Assembly (NCBI RefSeq): GCF_019968905.1
Contig: NZ_CP079946.1
Span: forward strand, 5,729,356-5,793,355
Source: Corallococcus sp. EGB
GTDB lineage: Bacteria; Myxococcota; Myxococcia; Myxococcales; Myxococcaceae
Direction: 5' to 3'
Length of the DNA: 64,000 nucleotides
Position 1 is the first letter of the stretch, and every line of letters starts with the position of its first letter. Below the pieces are notes generated by a model. It did not search any database. It was given only the letters and a program-made list of their open reading frames with translations, and was not told the DNA's origin. Positions 1 through 8,331 of the stretch are shown piece after piece. Made by a program: the position numbers and the translations under genes.

Positions 1-2541
1 CGGCGGACGGCGCGCGCTGGGCACCTCGTGGGCCAGCGTGCGCACCGCCAGCGCCTCGCCGTCCTCCGCGTGGCGGCGCAGGTCGCAGTCCCCCGACAGC
101 AGCGTGAGGTTGGGGTTGTAGTAGGGGTCGCCCTTGAGCAGCCACGGCCGGTAGGACGTGAAGGAGCGCCAGTAGTCCGGCTCCGGAATCGCGTCCGTGC
201 GGCGGCTGGCGGACTCGTGGTGCACCACGCGCGCGAAGGGCGTGCACACCACGCGCAGGCCCCGGGCGTGCAGCCGCAGGCCGATGTCCACGTCGCTGCC
301 GCACAGGAGGAAGCGCTCGTCGAAGCCGCCCAGCTCGTCGAAGAGGGACCGGCGGATCATCACGCACGCGCTGGTGACGGACAGCCAGTTGCGCACCCAC
401 TCCGTGTGGCCGAAGGGCGTGACGATGGGCCCGTCCGGCAGGCGCCAGAAGGGGTGGCCCGCCATGCCCGTCATCCCCACGACGATGCCCGCGTGCTGCA
501 CGGTGCCTTCCGGGAAGAGGAGCTTCGCGCCCACCGCGCCCACCTCCGGGCGCTGTGCGTGGGACACCAGCTCCGTGAGCCAGCCGGGGTCCACGACCTC
601 CATGTCGTTGTTGAGGAACAACAACAGCTCGCCCGTGGCCTGCCGCGCGGCCCAGTTGTTGATGGCCGGGTAGTTGAAGGGGAAGTCCCAGGTGCGCTTC
701 ACCACGCGCGGATCATCCAGCGTGTCGAGGAGCGCGAAGGTCTCCGGGCGGACGCTGTTGTTGGACACGAGCACCAGCTCGAAGTGCGGGTACTTCGTGC
801 GCGTGAGCAGCGTATCCGTGAGCGTCTCGAGGAGGTCCGGCCGATCCTTGAACGGGACGATGATGGACACCTTGGGGGTGCCCTTCACGGCGTACCGCAC
901 GCGGTAGCGGCCCGGCCCTGGCAGCGTCACCTCGGCGTCCTCGCCCCGGCGCGCCAGGTGCTCGGCGAGCGCGCGGCGGCCCTCCTGGGATACCTGGCCG
1001 GAGCTGCCGGTGCGCCGGTGGTAGAGCAGGCGCGGCACGTGGCCGATGCGCTCCGATGCTTCGCTGATGCGCAGGAAGAGGTCGTACTCCTCCGCGCCCG
1101 GGAAGCCGTCGCGGAAGCCGCCCACGGACTCCACCAGAGAGCGGCGCAGCATCACGCCCCGGCCCAGGTAGTCCACGGAGCGCAGCAGGTCCGGAGACCA
1201 GTCCGGCTTGAAGAAGGGGCCCGTGCGGCGGCCGCGCGTGTCCAGCCGGTCCTCGTCGCCATAGACGACATCCAGGCCCGGATCCGCGACCAGGACGCGC
1301 GCCACCTCCGCCAGGGCATGCGGGGCCAGCGTGTCCTCCGCGCCCAGCACGCCCACGAAGTCCCCGCTCGCGGCCTGCAGCCCCACGCGCAGCGCGCGGG
1401 CGAAGTCCGCGGGCCCGCTGAGCGCGACCCGGCGGATGCGCGGCTGGCGGCGCGAAGGGCTCCAGGGCTCCGGCAGCGAGGGCCCGCCCTCCGGCCCCAC
1501 CAGCACCAGCTCCCACTCCGGATACAGCTGGGCCTCCACCGACGCGAGGCACTCGCGCAGGTGCGCGGGAGAGGCCCCCGCGGTGGCCACCAGCAGGGAC
1601 AGCCGGGGCCGTCGCGGCAGCCGCTGCACGGCCGCGCGTGAGGCCTGGATGTCCGCGGCCTCGCGCAGCGTGCACCAGTGATGGAAGTCTTCCAGAGCGG
1701 GCACGGGCGGCGGCGGCGTGCGCACGCCGAGGATGGCGGCCAGCGCCACCACCGCCTCGCCGTTGAAGCGGGACTGCCGGCGAAGCACCTCGCTCCACAG
1801 CGGCGCGGAGGCCCGGACGCCCCGGGGCAGCCCCGGCTGGGCCAGCGGTGAGGCCAGCGCGGTCAGCCGCGCCACCCGGTGGGTGGCATCCATCGGCGCC
1901 AGCGTCCCGGCCTCCGGCGCGGCGGCGACGCGCAGCAGCGTCTCACGCATCAGCGCGTTCCACTCCGACTGGCGCGCGAGCAGCGGATCCAACAGGGGCC
2001 GCATCGTCCGGCGCCACGCGCGCCACGCCAGCGCCCAGGCCTTGTCCACGGGAGCGAAGCCTCGCGCCCCGCGCGCTTCCGGCGCGGCACCCGCCCACGC
2101 TCCAGGGCCGTCCAGCTGCCCCCGGACCCACTCCGTCAGGTCCTCGCGGGTGCCCTGGTCGCGCCGGGCCTCCAGCCGCTCCAGCACGCGCAGCACGCGC
2201 TGGTTGAAGGCCGCCTGGGGCTTCAGCCACTCGACGTGGAGCGGACGCAGGCCCAGCACGAAGGCGCGCTTGGCGGCCGTCACCCACTGGCCTCCCGACG
2301 CCCGGTGCGACGGTGGCACGGAGAACTCGAACGGCACCGCGAGCCGGGCCGCGGTGAGCAGCGGCGACAGCGGCGTGCTGGCCGGAGGCACCCGCCGGCG
2401 CAGCGCCTCCGTCAGCGCCGCGAGCTCCCGCGCATTCGCCTCGGAGGGCTCCGCCCGCAGCGCGGCGATGCGCTCGGCGAGCTCCCCGGCGGAAGCGGCC
2501 TCCAGGCCCCCCTCGGGCACGCTTTGGAACAAGGTGCTCAC
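1..2541 (-). CDS. Glycosyltransferase with two GT2 domains (WbgA/RfbC-like O-antigen glycosyltransferase); 3' end runs off the window start. GTG start after an in-frame TGA, with a GGAGG about 10 nt upstream
   Basis: Reverse-strand translation gives ...LSLLVATAGASPAHLRECLASVEAQLYPEWELVLVGPEGG...GDED... (first GT2 domain), then ...KVSIIVPFKDRPDLLETLTDTLLTRTKYPHFELVLVSNNS...LFLNNDMEVV...GCGSDVDIGLRLHARGLRVV (second GT2 domain). GC3 is high. The gene is absent from the ORF track (no ATG and no stop inside the window); track ORFs 28..1641+, 713..1798-, 1718..2803+ and 1943..2566- are out-of-frame or antisense artefacts of it. Confidence 0.8.
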   Translation of the reverse strand, partial: MSTLFQSVPEGGLEAASAGELAERIAALRAEPSEANARELAALTEALRRRVPPASTPLSPLLTAARLAVPFEFSVPPSHRASGGQWVTAAKRAFVLGLRPLHVEWLKPQAAFNQRVLRVLERLEARRDQGTREDLTEWVRGQLDGPGAWAGAAPEARGARGFAPVDKAWALAWRAWRRTMRPLLDPLLARQSEWNALMRETLLRVAAAPEAGTLAPMDATHRVARLTALASPLAQPGLPRGVRASAPLWSEVLRRQSRFNGEAVVALAAILGVRTPPPPVPALEDFHHWCTLREAADIQASRAAVQRLPRRPRLSLLVATAGASPAHLRECLASVEAQLYPEWELVLVGPEGGPSLPEPWSPSRRQPRIRRVALSGPADFARALRVGLQAASGDFVGVLGAEDTLAPHALAEVARVLVADPGLDVVYGDEDRLDTRGRRTGPFFKPDWSPDLLRSVDYLGRGVMLRRSLVESVGGFRDGFPGAEEYDLFLRISEASERIGHVPRLLYHRRTGSSGQVSQEGRRALAEHLARRGEDAEVTLPGPGRYRVRYAVKGTPKVSIIVPFKDRPDLLETLTDTLLTRTKYPHFELVLVSNNSVRPETFALLDTLDDPRVVKRTWDFPFNYPAINNWAARQATGELLLFLNNDMEVVDPGWLTELVSHAQRPEVGAVGAKLLFPEGTVQHAGIVVGMTGMAGHPFWRLPDGPIVTPFGHTEWVRNWLSVTSACVMIRRSLFDELGGFDERFLLCGSDVDIGLRLHARGLRVVCTPFARVVHHESASRRTDAIPEPDYWRSFTSYRPWLLKGDPYYNPNLTLLSGDCDLRRHAEDGEALAVRTLAHEVPSARRPP

Positions 2542-2604
2542 CTCCCAGGCGCCTCCCCTTCTTCAAGGCCCCGGGCCGCGGCGCGCGGGTGGGCCTCCTC
2601 CCCC

Positions 2605-3954
2605 TCAGGAGGCGGCGACATGCTTCGACACGGGCACCGCCTGGACGGGAGCGGCCGGAGCCTCCTCCACCACCCAGGAATGCTCGGGCCGGAAGACGCC
2701 CCGGTCGTCATGCTCCGTGGACACGGAGAAGGTGCAGCGCGCTTCCCGGCCCGGCTCCGGGTTCGCGGTGTTGCCCGTCTTCAGCTCCACGCTCAGCACG
2801 TAGGAGCCGCCCAACAGCCCCACCCGTGGAAGCACGAAGCGCAGCCGCCCCTGCGGCGGCAACGGCGACGGCAGCGGCACCCGGTCCGACCGGGTGCTCG
2901 TCACGTACAGCACCGCCCCGTCCGCGCTGGACAGCGTGAGGACGAACTCCACGTCCTCCACCGACTCGCGCGCCACGTACTCGATGCAGACCTCCGCCCG
3001 CGTCTCCGAGGAGAGGATCCCCAGCTCCTCGCCACGCGGCCCGCTCAGCCACACCCGCGACACGGCCAGCGACGGCGACGCCGGCGGCTCGTCCCGCACC
3101 ACCGGGCCCTCCGGCAGCGAGGGCAGCGCCCCGCCCCCTTCGGTCAGGGCCGGCGGCGTGAACACCGTGGAGCGCGCCTCCGCGAGCGACACCGCCTGGC
3201 GGTACTCCGCGGCGATCTCCGCCGGAGTCCCCACGCGGCGGATCCGCCCGCCGTCCAGCCACGCCGCCTGGTCGCACCAGCGCTCCACGGTGGACATGTC
3301 GTGCGTGACGAGGACGATGGTCTTTCCCAGCCGCTTGAACTCCGTCATCTTCGCGAGGCTCTTCTTGCTGAAGTGCTCGTCGCCGACGGCGAGGATCTCA
3401 TCGATGATGAGGATGTCCGGGTCCACGTGCGTGGCCACGGAGAACGCCAGGCGCATGTACATGCCGCTGGAGTACGTGCGCACCGGCTCGTCGATGAACT
3501 CCCCCAGCTCGCTGAACGCGATGATGGCGTCCATCTTCGCGCGCACCTCGGCCCGCGACATGCCGAGGATGATGCCGTTGATGAGGATGTTCTCCCGGCC
3601 GGAGAAGTCCGGGTGGAAGCCCGCGCCCAGGTCCAACAGCGCGGAGATGCGCCCGTTCACCTGGATGCTCCCGGACGTGGGCGCGTAGATGCCGGTGATC
3701 AGCTTGAGCAGCGTGCTCTTGCCGGAGCCGTTGCGCCCCAGGATGGCCACCGTCTGGCCCTTGGGGATGCGCAGGTTCACGCCGCGCAGGGACTCAATGA
3801 AGCGGTTGCCCTGGACAGCCGCGTTGCGCTGCCCGCGCAGCCAGCGCACGAGCTCCGACTTGAACGTGGTGTATTCCCCCCGGATGGTCTTCTTCCGGAA
3901 GTTCTTCACCACGTCCTGGATGACGATGGCGTCCTCGGTCGGTGACTGGGCCAT
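2605..3954 (-). CDS. wzt: ABC transporter ATP-binding protein for O-antigen/polysaccharide export (Wzt-type), with a C-terminal carbohydrate-binding extension
   Basis: Walker A GRNGSGKST, ABC signature YSSGMYMRLAFS, Walker B ILIIDE; about 180 aa C-terminal extension; contiguous with the permease gene. Confidence 0.9.
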   Translation of the reverse strand: MAQSPTEDAIVIQDVVKNFRKKTIRGEYTTFKSELVRWLRGQRNAAVQGNRFIESLRGVNLRIPKGQTVAILGRNGSGKSTLLKLITGIYAPTSGSIQVNGRISALLDLGAGFHPDFSGRENILINGIILGMSRAEVRAKMDAIIAFSELGEFIDEPVRTYSSGMYMRLAFSVATHVDPDILIIDEILAVGDEHFSKKSLAKMTEFKRLGKTIVLVTHDMSTVERWCDQAAWLDGGRIRRVGTPAEIAAEYRQAVSLAEARSTVFTPPALTEGGGALPSLPEGPVVRDEPPASPSLAVSRVWLSGPRGEELGILSSETRAEVCIEYVARESVEDVEFVLTLSSADGAVLYVTSTRSDRVPLPSPLPPQGRLRFVLPRVGLLGGSYVLSVELKTGNTANPEPGREARCTFSVSTEHDDRGVFRPEHSWVVEEAPAAPVQAVPVSKHVAAS

Positions 3955-4734
3955 CTAGATGGACTCCGCGAACTCCTCGCGGCGGCTCTCGAAGATCTGC
4001 GTGGCACCCCACAGCAGCACGAGCGAGACCCCCAGGAGCGACACGAGCGGCACCGCGTCCGGCAACTGGTGCTCGTAGAAGATGGCCTGGTACGAGGTGA
4101 TGAGGATGGACATCGGATTGAGCACCTGCAGCACGCGCCGGTACTCCTCCGGGATGGTGGACAGCTTGTAGAGCACCGGCGTCACGAAGAACCACAGCGT
4201 CATCAGGTTCATCACGATGTGCTGCAGGTCCCGGAACGTCACGTTGAAGGCGCTGACCGCGTACACCACCGCGAAGGTGAAGCACATCTGCACCAGCACC
4301 ACCGCGGGGAACAGCACCACGTGCCACGTGGGCACCACGCCGAAGATCAGCCCCAGCGCCACCATCAGCGGCAGCGAGAAGATGAAGTTGCAGAAGTTGG
4401 TGGCCACCACCGTGGCCGGCAGCACCTGCGCCGGGAAGCGCACCTTGGTCATCAGGTCGCGCCGGTCGCTGATGGCGCTCGCACCCGCCGACACCGACGT
4501 GGAGAACCAGATCCACGGCAGCAGCCCCACGAACATGAAGTACGCGTAGTGCGGGATCTGGTTCTTCATGAACACGCCGAACAGCAGCGCGTACACCAGC
4601 ATGTGCAGCGTGGGGTTCAGGAACGTCCAGAAGAAGCCCAGCACCGAGCCGCGATAGCGCGCCTTCAGCTCGCGCTGCACCAGGCTGAGGAGGAGCCCCC
4701 GGTACGAATAGAGCTCCCGGAAGTTGCGAATCAT
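3955..4734 (-). CDS. wzm: ABC-2 family polysaccharide export permease (Wzm-type). True start is MIRNFRELYSY; the track's N-terminal extension overlaps a tRNA
   Basis: Six predicted TM segments and ABC-2 permease motifs; the track ORF (to 4932) runs into the tRNA-Gly on the same strand. Confidence 0.85.
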   Translation of the reverse strand: MIRNFRELYSYRGLLLSLVQRELKARYRGSVLGFFWTFLNPTLHMLVYALLFGVFMKNQIPHYAYFMFVGLLPWIWFSTSVSAGASAISDRRDLMTKVRFPAQVLPATVVATNFCNFIFSLPLMVALGLIFGVVPTWHVVLFPAVVLVQMCFTFAVVYAVSAFNVTFRDLQHIVMNLMTLWFFVTPVLYKLSTIPEEYRRVLQVLNPMSILITSYQAIFYEHQLPDAVPLVSLLGVSLVLLWGATQIFESRREEFAESI

Positions 4735-4887
4735 GCGCCGGTATCCATACCGCAAAGGGTCCGCCGGTGGCGAACGCCCTGGAACAGCGGACCGCCGGCC
4801 CCTCGCGCGCCCGCCTGCCGTGATGCGCCCCGCCGTGCCCTCGGGGGCAAAGAAAAAGGCCTCCTGGTTTCCCAGGAGGCCTTCGAT

Positions 4888-4962
4888 TGGAGCGGGAAAA
4901 GGGATTTGAACCCTCGACCCTCGCCTTGGCAAGGCGATGCTCTACCGCTGAGCTATTCCCGC
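4888..4962 (-). tRNA. tRNA-Gly (anticodon GCC), copy 1
   Basis: Reverse complement is GCGGGAATAGCTCAGCGGTAGAGCATCGCCTTGCCAAGGCGAGGGTCGAGGGTTCAAATCCCTTTTCCCGCTCCA: cloverleaf, GCC anticodon, CCA encoded. Confidence 0.85.
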
Positions 4963-4993
4963 ATCAGGTGCTGCTGGACCACGGTGCTTCGAT

Positions 4994-5068
4994 TGGAGCG
5001 GGAAAAGGGATTTGAACCCTCGACCCTCGCCTTGGCAAGGCGATGCTCTACCGCTGAGCTATTCCCGC
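4994..5068 (-). tRNA. tRNA-Gly (anticodon GCC), copy 2, identical tandem duplicate with about 106 bp period
   Basis: Identical 75-nt sequence repeated; the flanking cttcgat motif is also duplicated. Confidence 0.85.
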
Positions 5069-5131
5069 ATCAGATGTTGCTGAACTGCTACTGCCTGCTG
5101 CCCGGTCAGTGCCGCGCCGGAAGTGGGGTGC

Positions 5132-5160
5132 GATATACAGAGGCCTCCCGGACACGTCAA
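5132..5160 (-). promoter_or_regulatory. Putative sigma-70-type promoter for the tRNA-Gly pair: TTGACG-N17-TATATC on the minus strand
   Basis: Reverse complement of 5132..5160 reads TTGACGtgtccgggaggcctctgTATATC, about 60 nt upstream of the tRNA 5' end; overlaps the pgsA stop. Confidence 0.4.
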
Positions 5161-5846
5161 ACACTTTTCGCATCCGGATCCGTGCTGCCCCTGCGGGCGA
5201 GCATGTTGAGGAACGCGCGGAAGTAGACGACGGCGCTCCAGACGGAGAACGCACCGGACAGGTACACGAGCAGCTTGCCCACCTGGTTGTAGTCCACGGT
5301 GACGGTGCGGAAGCCGAGGTCCAGCGGGTGCACATAGTGGACGCACAGGGAGATGATCCCCACCAGTTGGAGGGACGTCTTCCACTTCCCCTCCTGCCCC
5401 GCGGCGATGACCATGCCCTCGCTGGCTGCGATGGTGCGCAGGCCGGTGACGATGAACTCGCGGGCCAGGAGCACGATGACGACCCACGCGGCGATGCGGC
5501 CCAGGCGGACCATCATCACCAGGGCGGCCATGGCGATGAGCTTGTCCGCCAGCGGATCCATGAACTTGCCCACCACGGTGATGAGGTTCCAGCGGCGGGC
5601 GAGGTAGCCGTCGATGACGTCCGTGATGGCGGCCACGGCGAACACCAGGCCGGCCAGGAGCGAGTGCAGGGGGTCCGCGTCGTAGGTGAGCCAGACGAAC
5701 ACGGGGATGATGAGGATGCGCCCCAGCGTCAGCATGTTGGGCAGGTTCCAGAACTCCTGCACCAGGATGCTGGGACGGCGGGACGCGCGGCGGCGGGCCC
5801 GCTCCTCGCGCTTGCGCTGCTTCCTGAGGGCTCGCTCGGTGGCCAT
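5157..5846 (-). CDS. pgsA: CDP-diacylglycerol--glycerol-3-phosphate 3-phosphatidyltransferase
   Basis: WNLPNMLTLGRILIIP...DVIDGYLARRWN...GKFMDPLADK CDP-alcohol phosphatidyltransferase motifs. Confidence 0.85.
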   Translation of the reverse strand: MATERALRKQRKREERARRRASRRPSILVQEFWNLPNMLTLGRILIIPVFVWLTYDADPLHSLLAGLVFAVAAITDVIDGYLARRWNLITVVGKFMDPLADKLIAMAALVMMVRLGRIAAWVVIVLLAREFIVTGLRTIAASEGMVIAAGQEGKWKTSLQLVGIISLCVHYVHPLDLGFRTVTVDYNQVGKLLVYLSGAFSVWSAVVYFRAFLNMLARRGSTDPDAKSV

Positions 5847-5857
5847 GGGCGCGCGTT

Positions 5858-7615
5858 CTACCGGACCCCGAGTGCGATGAGGGCAAATCCTTCACCGCCC
5901 AGCTCCACCGCGCCCCTCACTGTCTCCCCGACGGCGGACGCCACGAGCGGCACGACGCGGGGCGTGAGGTTGCCCACCCAGCCCACCAGGTGCGTCAGGG
6001 GCACCGTCACCGGCTGGTCCATGGACACCGGCACCGAGCGCAGCGGGCCCGTCAGGCTGAGCAGCACCCGCCCCTGCCCGCGCAGGTGCACCAGGTCCAG
6101 GTCCTCCGCCAGCTCCGACGGCACGCGGCCGTTCTCGAAGACGACCGGCTCCTCGAAGGCGAAGACGCACGCGTCACGCAGGTAGACGGACTCGTCGTCC
6201 AGGGACACCGCGGCCCACTGCCGCCCGGACACGGGCTCCAGGTGCAGCGTCCCCTGCCCCCGCGCGCGCACCATGGCCTGGTCTCCCACGCCGAAGGGCT
6301 TGTCCGTGGCCCGGCCCCGGAAGCGCTTCATCTCCGGCTCGAAGGAGACCTGTCCGCGCACGGCGACCAGCCCCTCCAGCCGGGTGAGCAGTTCGCCATC
6401 CACCGCGAGCGCCAGCCCCATCGCGCCCGGGGAGAAGGACTGCCCCGGCGCCGGGGCCGGGAGCGCCACCGTGGGCACCCACTCGGTGAGCACGGGTGGA
6501 GTCGCGTGGGCTCCCGCGTCGGGCGTGGAGGCCGGCACGGCGGAGCGCGCCACCGGCCGGGGCACGGAGGCCCGGGCGGCGGGAGGCGCCTCGGGCATGG
6601 CCAGCGGGGCGAAGGTCTCCGCGAAGGCGGCGCCGGGCTCCGACTCCAGGTCGGACGCGAGGACGGGCGGCTCCTCGGAGACTTCGATCTCCTCCGACAC
6701 CGGCGTGGGAGGCAGCTCGTCGGTGACCTCGACGTCGGCTCCGGAGGCGGCCGCGTCCGTGGTGGCGGCGAGCTCCGCGTCCTCCCGATGGCTGCTCGCG
6801 CCAGCGGCGAGGCTGGGGTCCTCGTCTTCCTGGACCTCGGGCGCGGCGCGGCGGGTGAAGGCGTGGTCGTCCTTGGGCGCGGGCGGCCCCTCGTCCTCCG
6901 CGAAGCGCAGGTCGTCATCCGGGGGCGGCGCCGACGCGGAGACGGTGCGAGGGATGGGCGGCGCTTCGTCCAGGCCGAACTGGGCGCCCCAGTCGCTCTC
7001 GCCGGAGGAGGTCACGGGCGGGGGCGACGCGGGCGGCGGTGCGGCCGGGGTCTCCTCCCCGTGGGGACGGCCCGGCGCGGGGGCGGCGGCGGGCGGTGGA
7101 CGGCTGTAGCCCTCCCCCGCGATGGCGCGCGACATCTTCTCCGCCATGGCGTCGCTGCCGGACAGGAGGAAGTGCTCGCGCGCGCGGCCGTACTCGCCCA
7201 TCTGGGCGAAGGTCAGGCCCAGGTAGTTGTGGGCCTTCTTGTGGTCCGGGGCCAGGTCGGTGGCCGTTTCAAACTCGCGCGCCGCGCGCTGGAGCGCGTT
7301 CGTCTTCAGGTAGACGAGCCCCAGGTTCACCCGCAGCGTCGGGTCCACGGGGTTGTCCCGCACGAGCATCTCGTACAGGTCCGCGGCGCGGTCGAAGAGG
7401 CCCAGCTTGAAATACGTCAGGCCCAGCAGGTTCTGGGCCTTCTCGTGGCGCGGCTGGAGCTGGTGCGCGCGCTCCAGGAAGCCCTTTGCTTCGGTGACCT
7501 TGCCGGCGCCCAGCAGCTCGCTCCCGCGGTGGAGCTGCTGGAGGAACTCCTCGTCAGCGGGGCCCGGCTCCTTCGTCCCCTTCGTGCGCGTCGTCATTCT
7601 CGGATGTGGGCTCAC
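5858..7615 (-). CDS. TPR-repeat protein with a proline/acidic low-complexity linker and a C-terminal AIM24/DUF124-like domain
   Basis: N-terminal TPR repeats (LGLTYFKLGLFDRAADLYE...); C-terminal LHLEPVSGRQWAAVSLDDESVYLRDACVFAFEE resembles the AIM24 fold; the start could instead be MTTRTKG (7597). Confidence 0.7.
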   Translation of the reverse strand: MSPHPRMTTRTKGTKEPGPADEEFLQQLHRGSELLGAGKVTEAKGFLERAHQLQPRHEKAQNLLGLTYFKLGLFDRAADLYEMLVRDNPVDPTLRVNLGLVYLKTNALQRAAREFETATDLAPDHKKAHNYLGLTFAQMGEYGRAREHFLLSGSDAMAEKMSRAIAGEGYSRPPPAAAPAPGRPHGEETPAAPPPASPPPVTSSGESDWGAQFGLDEAPPIPRTVSASAPPPDDDLRFAEDEGPPAPKDDHAFTRRAAPEVQEDEDPSLAAGASSHREDAELAATTDAAASGADVEVTDELPPTPVSEEIEVSEEPPVLASDLESEPGAAFAETFAPLAMPEAPPAARASVPRPVARSAVPASTPDAGAHATPPVLTEWVPTVALPAPAPGQSFSPGAMGLALAVDGELLTRLEGLVAVRGQVSFEPEMKRFRGRATDKPFGVGDQAMVRARGQGTLHLEPVSGRQWAAVSLDDESVYLRDACVFAFEEPVVFENGRVPSELAEDLDLVHLRGQGRVLLSLTGPLRSVPVSMDQPVTVPLTHLVGWVGNLTPRVVPLVASAVGETVRGAVELGGEGFALIALGVR

Positions 7616-8243
7616 GGCTGCTGGCCTCGGCCTGGGCGAGCCGCTCGCGCTCCTTGTAGTGGTAATAGAGCTGGAGGACCTTGCGCACGTATTCCTGCGT
7701 CTCGGCGTACGGCGGCACCTGGCCTCCGTACTTCTTCACCGCGTCCGGCCCGGCGTTGTACGCGGCGACCATCTTCACCATGTCGCCGTCGAACATGTTG
7801 GCCAGCACGCGCAGGTAGCGCACGCCCCCCTCGATGTTGTCCTTCGAGTCGAAGATGTCCTTCACGTACATGTCAGACGCGGTGCCCGGCATGAGCTGCA
7901 TCAGCCCGCTGGCGCCCTTGTTGCTGAGCGCGTTCGGGTTGAAGTTGCTCTCCGTGTGCATGATGGCGCGCACCAGCGCGGACGGGATGCGGTAGCGCAG
8001 CGCCGCGTTGGCGATGTGCGGATCCAGCTCCGTCGGCGTCTTGGAGCGGCCCCGCACGGGCGCGGACTTGGCCGGCGCGGGCGTGAAGGTCCCGGACAGC
8101 TTGCGCGCCTTGCGGGCGCCCCCGGGCGGCACGTTCGTGTAGACGATGGTGCCGTCCTTCTCCACGTAGCTGTAGATGCCGTCCGCGGCGAGGGCCGGGA
8201 GGGCGGCGGTCAGCAGGACGGCGAGGGCGGTCAGGACACGCAT
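7554..8243 (-). CDS. Secreted lytic transglycosylase (SLT domain). Start taken at MRVLTALAVLL (signal peptide); its 3' end overlaps the 5' end of the preceding gene
   Basis: ESNFNPNALSNKGASGLMQLMPGTA...AAYNAGP SLT catalytic motif; N-terminal signal peptide. Confidence 0.8.
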   Translation of the reverse strand: MRVLTALAVLLTAALPALAADGIYSYVEKDGTIVYTNVPPGGARKARKLSGTFTPAPAKSAPVRGRSKTPTELDPHIANAALRYRIPSALVRAIMHTESNFNPNALSNKGASGLMQLMPGTASDMYVKDIFDSKDNIEGGVRYLRVLANMFDGDMVKMVAAYNAGPDAVKKYGGQVPPYAETQEYVRKVLQLYYHYKERERLAQAEASSREPTSENDDAHEGDEGAGPR

Positions 8244-8331
8244 GGCGGCGGGCCAAACCTTAGACAACGCCCGGAAAGTCCTCAAGAAAACGCCTTGTTT
8301 CCGGCACTTACCGCCATTAAGGCTGTCGGCC

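Noticed and set aside
28-3945. Large plus-strand ORFs 28..1641, 1718..2803 and 1879..3945, and minus-strand 713..1798 and 1943..2566
   Set aside because: Low-complexity Arg/Ala/Pro/Gly translations. The real genes here are the minus-strand GT2 (a different frame) and wzt; these ORFs are frame or antisense artefacts.
3955-4932. Track's N-terminal extension of wzm (MPRRGSRVQIPFPAP…)
   Set aside because: It overlaps the tRNA-Gly gene on the same strand and has atypical composition; the internal MIRNFRELYSY start gives a standard ABC-2 permease.
5990-7894. 634-aa plus-strand ORF and the other 5–8 kb ORFs (5109..6185+, 5059..5895-, 6328..6918-)
   Set aside because: They lie antisense to or out of frame with pgsA and the TPR/AIM24 gene, and their composition is extreme Arg/Gly/Pro.
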